A DNA stretch of 33,539 nucleotides, taken from sequence record SRR20825006_1837. One strand, 5' to 3'. Shown here one piece after another: positions 20,223-30,178 of the stretch; within the stretch, counting starts at the first letter, position 1, and each line of letters starts with the position of its first letter. The position numbers and the translations under genes are program-made. The notes beneath the pieces were generated by a model. That model did no database searches, was not told the DNA's origin, and saw nothing but the letters and a program-made list of their open reading frames with translations.

Positions 20223-20861
20223 ATGAAACGCAGTTGTTTTCACCTTTTGATGGCCGCCGCGTTGGCAGTGGTTTCCGTTTCGGCCCATGCCCAAGACGAG
20301 GAACTCCCCAAGGCATCTCCTGCCAAAGCCGAACCGACCAAGGCGGCTCCGGTCCAGGATGCGGGTGTGTCTTCCAAGGCGCGGCCGCTCAGCGTAACGG
20401 TTGGGCTGGTCAACGATTCGAAAATCGAAGGCACGCTGACCGACACAACCCAGCTGCAAATGCAGACCTCCTTCGGCACCGCCAGCATCCCACTTTCCGA
20501 AGTTGCCGGCATCCGTTTTGCCTCCGCCAATGACGCAACGACCACTGTCGTGATGCTCAATGGCGATTCGATCACCGGAGCGACGGACGTCAAACTCATC
20601 ACGGTCGAAACCGAATGGGGCACCGCGTCGATCAATGGTCCCAGCATCGCCTCGCTGATGTTCGTTCCCGGCCTCAGCTGGAATCCCTCCGATGGCCTGA
20701 ACGGAAAACGCTGGAACCTCAGCGACGTCCAAAAGAAGGATGCTCTTCCGCCTCCCTCAACGAATCCGCCGAACAACCCGAGCACTCGTCCATCTGGCGC
20801 ACAACGCCCCGCGGCTGTCAGCTCACCATCGTTCAATCAACCGTTCTTTCCGAACCGGTGA
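20223..20861 (+). CDS. Secreted hypothetical protein with two tandem beta-rich repeats
   Basis: GGAG RBS, Sec signal peptide ending AHA-Q, internal duplication, Pro/Ser-rich tail. Confidence 0.8.
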   Translation: MKRSCFHLLMAAALAVVSVSAHAQDEELPKASPAKAEPTKAAPVQDAGVSSKARPLSVTVGLVNDSKIEGTLTDTTQLQMQTSFGTASIPLSEVAGIRFASANDATTTVVMLNGDSITGATDVKLITVETEWGTASINGPSIASLMFVPGLSWNPSDGLNGKRWNLSDVQKKDALPPPSTNPPNNPSTRPSGAQRPAAVSSPSFNQPFFPNR

Positions 20862-20908
20862 ACCTCGAGGCCCCGTTCGCGGTCAATCAAACTCCACGAC
20901 GTCCAACC

Positions 20909-20946
20909 CAACATCCCATTTCGGCTTCGCCCGGAATGGGATGTTG
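20909..20946 (+). terminator. 16-bp hairpin between the secreted-protein gene and hisC
   Basis: CAACATCCCATTTCGG-CTTCGC-CCGGAATGGGATGTTG with one G-U pair; weak U-tract. Confidence 0.5.
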
Positions 20947-21011
20947 TCGTGAAATGACTACAATGTTCGCTTATCGTCGGCCCTTCTGACATTCTTCTTC
21001 GAGTTGATTCG

Positions 21012-22100
21012 TTGCAATACCGTCCCGCGCTTTCCAAGATGAAACCGTACGTTCCGGGGGAACAACCTCCGCCGGGCAAATTCATCAAGCTCAACACGAA
21101 CGAGAATCCCTACCCGCCTCCGGCTCCGGTCGTTTCCGCGATCCAATCCGCCGCGACCGGACCGCTGAATCGCTATCCCGACCCGATGGCAACTTCTTTC
21201 AGAAGAGCCGCCGCGAACGCTCTGGGATTGCCCGGACCGGAATGGGTTCTTGCCGGCAACGGCAGCGACGAAATCCTGACGCTGCTCGTTCGCGGTTTTG
21301 TGGGCGAGGGAGAATCGTTGCGTCTGCCTTACCCCAGCTACATCCTGTATCGAACTTTGGCCGACATCCAAGGTGCGAATTGGGAACAAGTTCCCTTCAA
21401 CGATCCTTGGGAACTGCCGCAATCGTTTGGCGAAAATCGGGAGGATCTAAAACTGGTGCTGCTCCCCAACCCGAACAGCCCCAGCGGAACGATCGTTTCC
21501 AAGCCTCAGATCGCTGAACTTTCCAATTCACTGAACTGCCCATTGGTCGTCGATGAAGCCTACGCGGACTTCGCCGAAGAAAACTGTCTCGACCTGGTTC
21601 AATCCGACGAAAACATCTTCGTCACTCGAACGCTCAGCAAGTCATACGGGCTGGCTGGCATTCGCTTCGGCTTTTTGGTCGCACAGCCACATGTGATCGC
21701 TGAGCTGACGAAAATCAAGGACAGCTACAACTGTGATGCGATTTCGATCGCCGCCGCAACCGCTGCGATGGGCTGCCAGGAATGGTTGGCCGATGTCGTC
21801 ACCAAGATGAACGTCACCCGCGATCGAATGACCGATCGCCTGCGAGCACTCGGGTTCGACGTGACACCATCGCATGCAAATTTCGTCTGGTGCCGTCACC
21901 CCGAAGGAAAACACGCGGAAATTCACCAGTACCTCAAACAAAGCCAGATCCTGATCCGATACATGGACTTTCCGGATTGGGGCGACGGATTGCGGATCAG
22001 TGTTGGTACAGATGACCAAATCGATGCTTGCCTGCTGATGATCGAACGTGCGATGCAGTCACTCAACATTTCTCTTCCCGCTCGAGCGGACTCAACATGA
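21012..22100 (+). CDS. hisC: Histidinol-phosphate aminotransferase
   Basis: IKLNTNENPY, RYPD, GNGSDE, NPNSPSG, DEAY and the PLP-lysine motif RTLSKSYGLAGIRFG. Coupled to hisB. Confidence 0.95.
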   Translation: MQYRPALSKMKPYVPGEQPPPGKFIKLNTNENPYPPPAPVVSAIQSAATGPLNRYPDPMATSFRRAAANALGLPGPEWVLAGNGSDEILTLLVRGFVGEGESLRLPYPSYILYRTLADIQGANWEQVPFNDPWELPQSFGENREDLKLVLLPNPNSPSGTIVSKPQIAELSNSLNCPLVVDEAYADFAEENCLDLVQSDENIFVTRTLSKSYGLAGIRFGFLVAQPHVIAELTKIKDSYNCDAISIAAATAAMGCQEWLADVVTKMNVTRDRMTDRLRALGFDVTPSHANFVWCRHPEGKHAEIHQYLKQSQILIRYMDFPDWGDGLRISVGTDDQIDACLLMIERAMQSLNISLPARADST

Positions 22101-22705
22101 CCTCTTCCAATTCCAACTCGTCACGTGAAGTCAGCCTCGAACGCAAAACCGGCGAGACGGCTATCAAGCTGTCGGTCAACCTGGATGGCAGTGGCGCAGG
22201 TAAACGCGACTCGGGAATTGGATTCCTCGACCACATGCTGGACCTGCTGGCAAAGCATGCCCTGATTGACCTGACCGTGGAAGCCAAAGGCGACTTGCAC
22301 GTCGACGATCACCACACGGCCGAAGACATCGGCATCGCTTTGGGCACCGCCGTCGATCGGGCTCTCGGTGATCGCGCAGGTGTTCGTCGCTACGGTCACT
22401 TCACGTTGCCGATGGATGAGTGTCTGGTCACGTCGGCCGTCGACATGGGCGGACGCTATGCGTTTGAATACAACGCTCCCATCGCGGCATCCAAGATCGG
22501 GACGTTCGATAGCGAACTGGTGGAACACTTTTGGCAATCGTTCGCCGTCAATGCAAAGTGCAATCTGCACGTCCTACTGCATTACGGCAGCAATGGGCAC
22601 CACATCAGTGAATGCGTCTTCAAAGCCACCGCGAGGGCGATCCGCATGGCCGTTGAAAGCGATCCACGCAGTGATGCGATTCCAAGCACCAAAGGTGTGC
22701 TGTAG
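22097..22705 (+). CDS. hisB: Imidazoleglycerol-phosphate dehydratase
   Basis: RKTGET, FLDHML, DDHHTAED, LPMDE, NGHHISE, PSTKGVL. ATG 22097 overlaps the hisC stop. Confidence 0.96.
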   Translation: MTSSNSNSSREVSLERKTGETAIKLSVNLDGSGAGKRDSGIGFLDHMLDLLAKHALIDLTVEAKGDLHVDDHHTAEDIGIALGTAVDRALGDRAGVRRYGHFTLPMDECLVTSAVDMGGRYAFEYNAPIAASKIGTFDSELVEHFWQSFAVNAKCNLHVLLHYGSNGHHISECVFKATARAIRMAVESDPRSDAIPSTKGVL

Positions 22706-22800
22706 GTCAACGCGGCAAATCGCTCGGCAGCAACGAGCTCGATGCGATGATCCTTTCATTGCAATGCATGCATGAATGCTTTGACAGCTTGCTGCGTTGT

Positions 22801-23304
22801 TTATGAAGCTGCTTGAAGACGCTTCAGAACACGCTGGACCCATTGCCAACGCTCTGGATCAGCACAATGGAGTTGAATCTCGCGAGTCCCAGCATCGGGT
22901 GAGTCAGCGAGAATTTCGATTTGCATCCAAACCGCTTCGGGCGGCATCGCATCGGCAAAACGGTCCGCCCATTCGATGACGGTCCATGCACCGGGCTCTT
23001 GGTAACACTCTTCCAATCCCAGCTCCCACCATTCGTCTTCATCACCGACGCGATACGCATCCACATGATGCAACGTGTGTTCTTCCGCGTGGTAGGTTCG
23101 AAGCAAAGTGAAGGTGGGACTGGTCACTTCGGACGAGTTCAGCCCCATGGCTCTGGCGAGCTCTTGTGTCCATCGCGTCTTACCAGCCCCAAGTGTTCCG
23201 GTAACGGCAAAGCAGACCGGGAACGCAATCGGCTCGCGAACAAAAGCGTCCGCGAGCCGAGCGAGTGTTTTCAAATCAACTTGGTCGAGTGTGACCAAAT
23301 TCAA
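22801..23304 (-). CDS. tsaE: tRNA threonylcarbamoyladenosine biosynthesis ATPase
   Basis: GTLGAGKT, VTSPTFTL, HVDAYR, IEWAD. Confidence 0.93.
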   Translation of the reverse strand: MNLVTLDQVDLKTLARLADAFVREPIAFPVCFAVTGTLGAGKTRWTQELARAMGLNSSEVTSPTFTLLRTYHAEEHTLHHVDAYRVGDEDEWWELGLEECYQEPGAWTVIEWADRFADAMPPEAVWMQIEILADSPDAGTREIQLHCADPERWQWVQRVLKRLQAAS

Positions 23305-23336
23305 TCCTCAGGTTTCGATTCTGGTGAACCAGAAAC

Positions 23337-23555
23337 TCAGGGAGCTTCTGTTTCTGGAGTTTCTGCTTCGGGAGTTTCCGCAGTGCCGGTCACATTGTCC
23401 GAAGGCATTTCAGCTGCGCCGGTAGCGTTGTCGGTGACAACTGGAGCGGCGTCGGTGTCGACATCCACATCAGCTGGTGGAGCTGGCGGTGGGCAACCAA
23501 CGGTCGTGGCCAGCAATGCAAGTGCGAATACGCAACGAAGAGTTTGTTGAATCAT
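23337..23555 (-). CDS. Small acidic Pro/Thr-rich lipoprotein (72 aa)
   Basis: Signal peptide II with lipobox TVG-C, low-complexity mature part, ETPEA/ETPET repeat. Confidence 0.75.
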   Translation of the reverse strand: MIQQTLRCVFALALLATTVGCPPPAPPADVDVDTDAAPVVTDNATGAAEMPSDNVTGTAETPEAETPETEAP

Positions 23556-23933
23556 GGTGACTCGGGAAGGAAGAAGGTGGGACAACTTGATATCGATTCG
23601 GCAACCCGAATTCGGTTTCCAACCTCTAGATTAGCAAAGCGTTCATAAAATGCACCCTGTCGTTGCAAGAATCCATCGTAAGAGATGATTCGTGGCGATC
23701 AGCCAACCCTTGCAACCCGCCTAAACCTAATTTCCTACCCAAAATCATCGATGGATCCAGCTGTCACGACTGTTTTCTCAGTGCAAAACGCCGTGTCCGT
23801 TCGGTCAATCAAAATCGGTTCGAGCCGCGCGGCGGCCGTTCGATCTGGTGGGATTTGCCCGATCCCCGATCAGACGGCATCAATCGCAGGACGATACCAC
23901 CACCGAAATCAGTCCATTCGCCGGGGTTTACCT

Positions 23934-24368
23934 ATGAAATCGACCGTCCCATTTCTGTTTGCTTTGTTGATCGGTGCAACCTTGGCCCCAGCTGCTTCGG
24001 CACAGGGATTGGACGATCTCTTTTCGGCATCGCCGCAACGAGACACACCGCAACGGAACGCCGAGCGACTGGCATTGCCGCCGATGACGCCCGCGGTTGC
24101 TGATGCAGAATCCGATCCCGTGAACAGCCCATCGGATCGCAAACTTGTTCACGCACCCGGCTCAACTGCAGAACAAATGCCTTCGATGGCGATGCAGCTG
24201 CGTCAAGCTCGAGCTTTGGAAGCATCGCGTCAACGTCAAGCTCGCCTGGAAGCTTCCTACTGGGCAAGCAACCCGAATCTGCGTCCAGCTTGGGACAGCA
24301 ACTTCGGCCAAAACCAATACCGCAATCGAATCATTTACTACGTTCCGGCGTACTATCACAATCGCTGA
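23934..24368 (+). CDS. Secreted hypothetical protein
   Basis: MKSTVPFLFALLIGATLAPAASA-Q signal peptide, helical Gln/Arg-rich segment, Tyr-rich C-terminus. Confidence 0.72.
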   Translation: MKSTVPFLFALLIGATLAPAASAQGLDDLFSASPQRDTPQRNAERLALPPMTPAVADAESDPVNSPSDRKLVHAPGSTAEQMPSMAMQLRQARALEASRQRQARLEASYWASNPNLRPAWDSNFGQNQYRNRIIYYVPAYYHNR

Positions 24369-24516
24369 TTGCGAGAGCAGACGAGCCATTTGATTTCGCG
24401 GACGTTGAATGAATGCCCGCCGAAGCGACCGGGCTCAACGAGAACTGGACGGGCGATTAATATAGATACACCCGTTCCAGCTCATCGAGGCCAGCTCACC
24501 GAGGCTCTCTGCCGTT

Positions 24517-25824
24517 TTGAATCCGCCTCGCCCAACATTGATCCCCCTGATCGGGTTCACCTTCTTGACCTCGGCAACCTATTCGGTTGCCAGAGCGTTA
24601 GGTGTCAGCCTGTTCATCGCGCGGATGGGATCCGATGCGTTGCCGGTCGCACTTGCAGCATCCGCTGTCACCGTGATTGCTGTCTCCGCCCTCACTCATT
24701 TGGTCAACCAACGCTTCCCGGCTCGCTACAGCGTCTTCGGCAGCTGGATTGGTTTGGCGTCCATCACCGCGTGGTTGACCGCGATGATTTCGGTCGAGCA
24801 TCACTCGATTGTGTTGCTGGGTGCTTTGTACGTGATCGCGGAGGTGAGGGGCTGCGTCAACACGATCTACGCCACAACGCTGGTCAACAATGCGTTTGCT
24901 TCGTCAACTTCCAAACGGCCGTTTGTGCTGGTGGCCGCCGGTGCTCCGATCGCCGGAATCGCGATGGGAGCGGCGATGGGATTCGGAGCCTCCACACTTG
25001 AAGACACAACGTGGCTGAAGATCATCATCGGGTTGGACGCTGCAACAATTGTTTTGCTGCGATGGCTCCCAAAGACCCCTGCGATGAAAGCCCCACCGGA
25101 GATCGATCCGCATTCTCAAATCAATCAACCAAAGCAAATCGATCAAAACGGGATTCGCTCGATCAGACACATCCCGCCCAGCCCATCAGCTTATCGCTAC
25201 CGATACGGTTTGGTCAGCTTGATCGCATTCAACGTTTTCGCAGTCACGATGGTCGACTATCAATGGAAAGTCATCGCCGGCGATCACTTGCTCGCCGAAG
25301 CACAACTGCTGACTTACTTTGCCGGATTCTATGCCATCAACGACATTTTGATTGTCTTGGTGCAGTTCACCGTCGCGACCAAACTGCTCGACCGATTCGG
25401 TATTGGAATGCCGCTTTGTGCCTACCCGCTGCTACTCAGCGTCCTCGGGCTCATTGCGTTGATCAATCAATCCCAGGCAGTTTTGATTCTGCTGTTCACA
25501 CTTGGACAGGGACTGACTGTGCTGAAGCGTTCGCTGTATGACCCAGGCATGACCTCGGCCTATGCGATTCTGCCGCAGAGCATACGCAATGAAACCATCT
25601 TGCTGATCAAAGGCGTGGTCAAACCAGTGATCGAAGCAGCGGTGGCGATCGGATTGCTGTTGCTCGCTTCCCGAATGACATCGAATCAGATCACATCGAC
25701 CTGGTTGGCGGCATTGATCCCTTGGTTTTTGCTTTCGAGTTGGGTCTCAAGCACCTACGAAAAATGGTCGCCGACTCGCACTGAAAACGAACCTTCCTCC
25801 GGACTCAAACTTTCCGAACCGTGA
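24517..25824 (+). CDS. Npt1/Npt2 (TLC ATP/ADP translocase-related) MFS-fold transporter
   Basis: About 12 hydrophobic segments. SLFIARMGSDALP, MVDYQWK, TYFAGFY, QFTVATKLLDRFGIG and LKRSLYDP..AYAILP..IR patterns recalled for this family. Confidence 0.65.
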   Translation: MNPPRPTLIPLIGFTFLTSATYSVARALGVSLFIARMGSDALPVALAASAVTVIAVSALTHLVNQRFPARYSVFGSWIGLASITAWLTAMISVEHHSIVLLGALYVIAEVRGCVNTIYATTLVNNAFASSTSKRPFVLVAAGAPIAGIAMGAAMGFGASTLEDTTWLKIIIGLDAATIVLLRWLPKTPAMKAPPEIDPHSQINQPKQIDQNGIRSIRHIPPSPSAYRYRYGLVSLIAFNVFAVTMVDYQWKVIAGDHLLAEAQLLTYFAGFYAINDILIVLVQFTVATKLLDRFGIGMPLCAYPLLLSVLGLIALINQSQAVLILLFTLGQGLTVLKRSLYDPGMTSAYAILPQSIRNETILLIKGVVKPVIEAAVAIGLLLLASRMTSNQITSTWLAALIPWFLLSSWVSSTYEKWSPTRTENEPSSGLKLSEP

Positions 25825-27346
25825 CCCGGGCTCCTTGCTTGCCGACCACGCGAACCTCGGTTCCCGGATCGATGTAGTCTCCCTCGGTGACGACATCGAC
25901 AGCATCATCGCCGAACTGCACCTTGCCGCTCGGTCGCAGAGGTGACATCGCCGATCCCGTATCACCGACTTCAACTCGCTGCCATGCCGGTCCGCTGACA
26001 AGCGTCGCGCTGGCACCACCATCGGCGGCCACCATGACTTGTGGGCGCAAGGTCAATCGGCTCAAACCGGGTATGTCCCCGAGATACTTCGCCATGACGG
26101 CCAAACAAACCAAAAATCCGAGGAACGCTCCCATCACCGTCATCATGTCGGTCGCCAGCGATGTCCACTGGATTTCGTTTTCAGGCAATGCAAATCGTCG
26201 TGAGGCCATCACCAATGCGCCCAGCGACAACGCCAATCCACTGATCCCGGCAACGCCGAACCCTGGGATCACAAAGACCTCTGCCGCGATGAAAAGAATC
26301 CCCATCAGAAACAAAACCACTTCCAACCAACCCGATGTCCCTCCCAGGAAACGGGCCCAGAAGAACAACCCAAAACACAACACACTGGTCAAACCACCAA
26401 TGCCAATACCGGGCGCAGACAACTCAATCGCGAGTGCAACCAACCCAATCAACAGCAGCAAGAACGTGACAAACTGACTGTTGAGCAAGAACACCAACGT
26501 GTCCGTCCAACTTCGCTCCATCTCGACAATTGGCTCTTGTAGATTCAGCACCTTCGCCAAGTCATCTCGGCTCTCGATGGTTTGATCAACCATCCCCAGT
26601 TCGACTCCTCGTCGACCGTTGACCGTGAAGAACATCTCTTTGCCAGCCTCACGGATGGGTGGGCTCAGTTCCCATTGATCGGCATCCTCACGTGACGCCA
26701 AGTCCTTGTCGGACAGATAACGCTTCTCGCCCGATTCTTTGTTGGTCGCCTGGTAAACAACCATGTCCTTGTCCGTCATCTTCTCCGCCAAAGCGAGCGG
26801 GCGTCCAGTGGCTTCGGCTGTGTCGCGAACTTTTTGAGCTAACACACTGCGACTCTTCGCCGGTGTGTATCGAAACGCCCCGTCTTCTCCCATGACGATT
26901 TCACCCGCGTCACCCATCCGCGCATCAGGTCGCATCAAAATTGTGTCGGTTGACAACGCAAGCAAAGCGGCACCGCTGATGGCATCCTTTTCGATATAAG
27001 CCACCGTTTCGACATCCTTGGCCTCCAACACCATGTCCATCAACTCAAAGGTCACCGAGGTAAACCCACCCGGCGATTGAATATCAAGGATGATCACATC
27101 GGCGTCTGACTCAACGGCGGCTTCGAACTTGCGTTTCAACAACGCACCGCTCAATGGATTGATGTCCTCTTTGAACTCAATCAGCACGCCACGACGCTTT
27201 CCTGATCCAGCATCCGACTGCGCGATTGCCGGCACGCACTGAGTGAATGCGACCGCCACCACAACGAAGGCGAATACCGACCTCATCATTGCGATCGGAT
27301 CAGTGCCGGAGGCCCCGAGCATTGCGTTTGATTTCGTTGTGGTCAT
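25805..27346 (-). CDS. nfeD: Long-form NfeD protein (ClpP-class protease domain, TM bundle, C-terminal OB fold)
   Basis: LDIQSPGG, AISGAALLAL, IELSAPGIG, EVFVIPGFGVAG, SPLRPSGKV, VDVVTEGDYI. Start is ATG 27346 or slightly downstream. Confidence 0.85.
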   Translation of the reverse strand: MTTTKSNAMLGASGTDPIAMMRSVFAFVVVAVAFTQCVPAIAQSDAGSGKRRGVLIEFKEDINPLSGALLKRKFEAAVESDADVIILDIQSPGGFTSVTFELMDMVLEAKDVETVAYIEKDAISGAALLALSTDTILMRPDARMGDAGEIVMGEDGAFRYTPAKSRSVLAQKVRDTAEATGRPLALAEKMTDKDMVVYQATNKESGEKRYLSDKDLASREDADQWELSPPIREAGKEMFFTVNGRRGVELGMVDQTIESRDDLAKVLNLQEPIVEMERSWTDTLVFLLNSQFVTFLLLLIGLVALAIELSAPGIGIGGLTSVLCFGLFFWARFLGGTSGWLEVVLFLMGILFIAAEVFVIPGFGVAGISGLALSLGALVMASRRFALPENEIQWTSLATDMMTVMGAFLGFLVCLAVMAKYLGDIPGLSRLTLRPQVMVAADGGASATLVSGPAWQRVEVGDTGSAMSPLRPSGKVQFGDDAVDVVTEGDYIDPGTEVRVVGKQGARVTVRKV

Positions 27347-27350
27347 CGTC

Positions 27351-29048
27351 TCACACCCTTCGCCAAAACGACGGAACAAATAGCAATAGCACGCTGAAGA
27401 TTTCGACTCGTCCCAACATCATCAGCCATACAAACAACAACTTGGCACCTTGGCTGAACCCCGCGTAGTTCCGCGTGGCACCCACGACACCTAAACCAGG
27501 TCCGATGTTGTTCAACGTTGCCGCGACGGCGCTCGCGGAGTCGAGCAACTTCTCGTCCAAAGTACCGTGCAACAACTTCTTGCCGGCCTGGGAATGATCC
27601 ACCACCACGATATCCTCGCCCGATTTCCCCGCCTTGGCAGATTCCTCGATCACTTCTTCGGGCGGCGTGTCAGTCATCACGACACCCCACGTGGAGTTGG
27701 GTTCAAACGTGATCAACGCCAACCAAGACATCACGAAAATGGCCAACACCATGCAAAAATACAACAAGATATTGTGGGCCAATTGAGGGTCATCGACCGC
27801 AACACCGCTCACCCTCAATGGCCGAACAACACGCGGACGGTGGGCGCGCTCAATTTCCAATCTCAGGATTTTGTAGAACAAAACGTGACGAATGACCTTC
27901 ATTCCCCCGCCGGTGCTCCCAGCACAACCGCCGACGAACATCAACAACAACAGAATCCCGCGGCCAAAGTTGTTCCACTCGTCGAAGTCAGCCGTCCCGT
28001 AACCGGTCGTCGTGATGACCGACACCACCTGGAACAATCCATTTTGAACGCCTTTCGCGAGCGTCCCAAACCCTTCGTCTTCCGCACGCAATCCGAATAT
28101 CACAACGCCCAATGTGACCACCGCGATCACCAAGGCGTACGTTCGAAATTCGACATCCTGAAACAATCGCCGGGCGGCCGTCAGCGGTCGCCGCGGAATG
28201 TCCAACAACATCAGATACAGCAGCGTGAAGTTAGTCCCTGCCAGGATCATGAACAGCACAGTCGTGTATTCGATCAACGGGCTGTCGAATCCACCCAGTG
28301 ATCGGTTGTATGTACTGAAACCGCCGGTCGCCATCGTCCCAAAGGCATGACAGAGCGCATCGAACGAACTCATCCCTTCAAACATGTAGATGAACGTCAA
28401 CAACATGTTCAACCCAACGTAGATCGCAGCAAACACCAATGCGGTGTGCTGCATTCGAGGCATGCTGCCATCTTTCGTGGGACCGGGCATTTCAGCTCGC
28501 ATCATCGCTTTGCCGGCCGAGCCTTGTCCCAGGATCGCCACAAACAAAACGACGATCCCCAACCCTCCCAAAAAGTGCGTCCAGGACCGCCAGAACAAAA
28601 TGCAGTGCGGGACCAATTCGGGCGTTTCCAAATCGGTCAGCACCGTCGCGCCCGTCGTGCTGAAACCAGACTGCGATTCAAACATCGCTTCGATGAACGT
28701 GATCGGAGAGCCCTCCGCGATCATCGTGCCGCTCAAGTAATAGGGCAGGGCCCCCAGCACCGTCGCACTGACCCACGAAAGCCCAACGATCGCCATCGCC
28801 TCTTTCTGATACAGCTCGCCTCCTCCGCGATGGCCGCGGCCGAGAAACCGGAAGAAAGCTCCGACGAAGAAGCAAATCGCCATGCTCGCCAGCAATCCGC
28901 TCGCCGCTGCGGATTCAAATTCCGTCGCGGGAGGCAAATGCGTTCGGTCGGCAACGCTTGGAAATGCAAATGGCAAGCTGAACGCCATCGATCCGCCAAT
29001 CAACAGGCAGATCGTTCCCAAAAAACGAAACAACAAAGGGAAATTCAA
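27351..29048 (-). CDS. trkH: Trk-type potassium uptake membrane protein
   Basis: Pore motifs [20 protein letters not shown] and LNNIGPG, plus [12 protein letters not shown] and MMLGRVE. Start proposed at TTG 29048 (MNFPLL); the ORF extends to 29168. Confidence 0.93.
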   Translation of the reverse strand: MNFPLLFRFLGTICLLIGGSMAFSLPFAFPSVADRTHLPPATEFESAAASGLLASMAICFFVGAFFRFLGRGHRGGGELYQKEAMAIVGLSWVSATVLGALPYYLSGTMIAEGSPITFIEAMFESQSGFSTTGATVLTDLETPELVPHCILFWRSWTHFLGGLGIVVLFVAILGQGSAGKAMMRAEMPGPTKDGSMPRMQHTALVFAAIYVGLNMLLTFIYMFEGMSSFDALCHAFGTMATGGFSTYNRSLGGFDSPLIEYTTVLFMILAGTNFTLLYLMLLDIPRRPLTAARRLFQDVEFRTYALVIAVVTLGVVIFGLRAEDEGFGTLAKGVQNGLFQVVSVITTTGYGTADFDEWNNFGRGILLLLMFVGGCAGSTGGGMKVIRHVLFYKILRLEIERAHRPRVVRPLRVSGVAVDDPQLAHNILLYFCMVLAIFVMSWLALITFEPNSTWGVVMTDTPPEEVIEESAKAGKSGEDIVVVDHSQAGKKLLHGTLDEKLLDSASAVAATLNNIGPGLGVVGATRNYAGFSQGAKLLFVWLMMLGRVEIFSVLLLFVPSFWRRV

Positions 29049-29229
29049 CGACGACGCCTTCTCGACGAGTTGTGAAACGGTGGCGATGGCAGCGGTCGAC
29101 AAGTGACCTGATTCATTGCCGACCGCGGCAATTCCGACCTTGTTACCCAACCACCCGTTTCTTGGCAACTCACGACGATTGGCGGATCGCCCCGGTTATC
29201 AAATCGTTCGAGGCGGTATTCTCGGCTTT

Positions 29230-29910
29230 TTAACCGTCGGCGGGCGTTTGCCCAAGAATTACGTCGAACTGACAGGCGAATTCGCCAATCTTCGATCCTT
29301 TCATCGGCTTGAAATCAGCCACCAACAATTCTCGTTTGGCAGGATCCGTCACTCGCCGAAACACACCATCTCGTTTGTTGCCTTCGTGACCACGAATCAT
29401 CAACTGGGTCGTCAGCAGATCTTTGTCACCCTGTTTAACTTTGATGTGAATGTGTGGAGCGGGCCGACCAGGGTAGGGCACCGGCTTGATCGTTCGAAAG
29501 CGATACCCACCGTCGCTGGCGGTTTCAAATCGTCCAAACCCCTGGAAGTTCTTGTCCTGCTGATCTTTCTTTCCATCGCTGTCACGCGAATGCAGATAGA
29601 CCGCGTTGGCATCGCACTGCCAAATTTCGATGGTCGCATTGCGAACCGGTGATCCCGCCGCGGTCAACACGCGACCGGTCAAGTGAGTCACATCGCCAAC
29701 GGCCGGTGTTGTGTGATCGCCGATGACAATCAGATCGTTGTCTTGGTCCAGCGGCAATCGATCTGGATAGAACGGCCCTTCAGTGAGTGGCGGTGTCGGC
29801 TTCAGCAACTCTTCTGCAAACAAACCTGGCGTCGTCCACATCGCCGCACCACCAATCGCCATGGCCGATCGACTCGCGAACCATCGTCGTGACATCATCT
29901 TCGTTTTCAT
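29230..29910 (-). CDS. Intradiol ring-cleavage dioxygenase-like protein with twin-arginine-like leader
   Basis: TEGPFYP, EIWQCDANAVY, FRTIKPVPY and RPAPHIH (Tyr, Tyr, His, His iron ligands). N-terminal SRRWF. Confidence 0.85.
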   Translation of the reverse strand: MKTKMMSRRWFASRSAMAIGGAAMWTTPGLFAEELLKPTPPLTEGPFYPDRLPLDQDNDLIVIGDHTTPAVGDVTHLTGRVLTAAGSPVRNATIEIWQCDANAVYLHSRDSDGKKDQQDKNFQGFGRFETASDGGYRFRTIKPVPYPGRPAPHIHIKVKQGDKDLLTTQLMIRGHEGNKRDGVFRRVTDPAKRELLVADFKPMKGSKIGEFACQFDVILGQTPADG

Positions 29911-30178
29911 CAGAATCACCTGAACGGGCTTCGAACAACACTGAAATAGCCAATCCCGCATTGTAACGCTTCTCACGCCAGTCTCGCAGAACCAATCCAG
30001 GCCACCCATTTGGACAGCTACCCAGCACCACATTCGCGGCTTGTAATGATTGCAACGACGAAACAGTCGGCATGCGTCGCCTGGTTTGCCCCACCGTGAA
30101 AAAGCGTTTGGAAGACCCGAGATTGTCACCTAGATGTTGTTGTGATTTTGGGGCAACTCTTCCATACGGGAAAACAAC

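Noticed and set aside
23817-23832. GGTTCGAGCC as a tRNA T-loop
   Set aside because: No 5-bp T-stem, acceptor stem or cloverleaf can be built.
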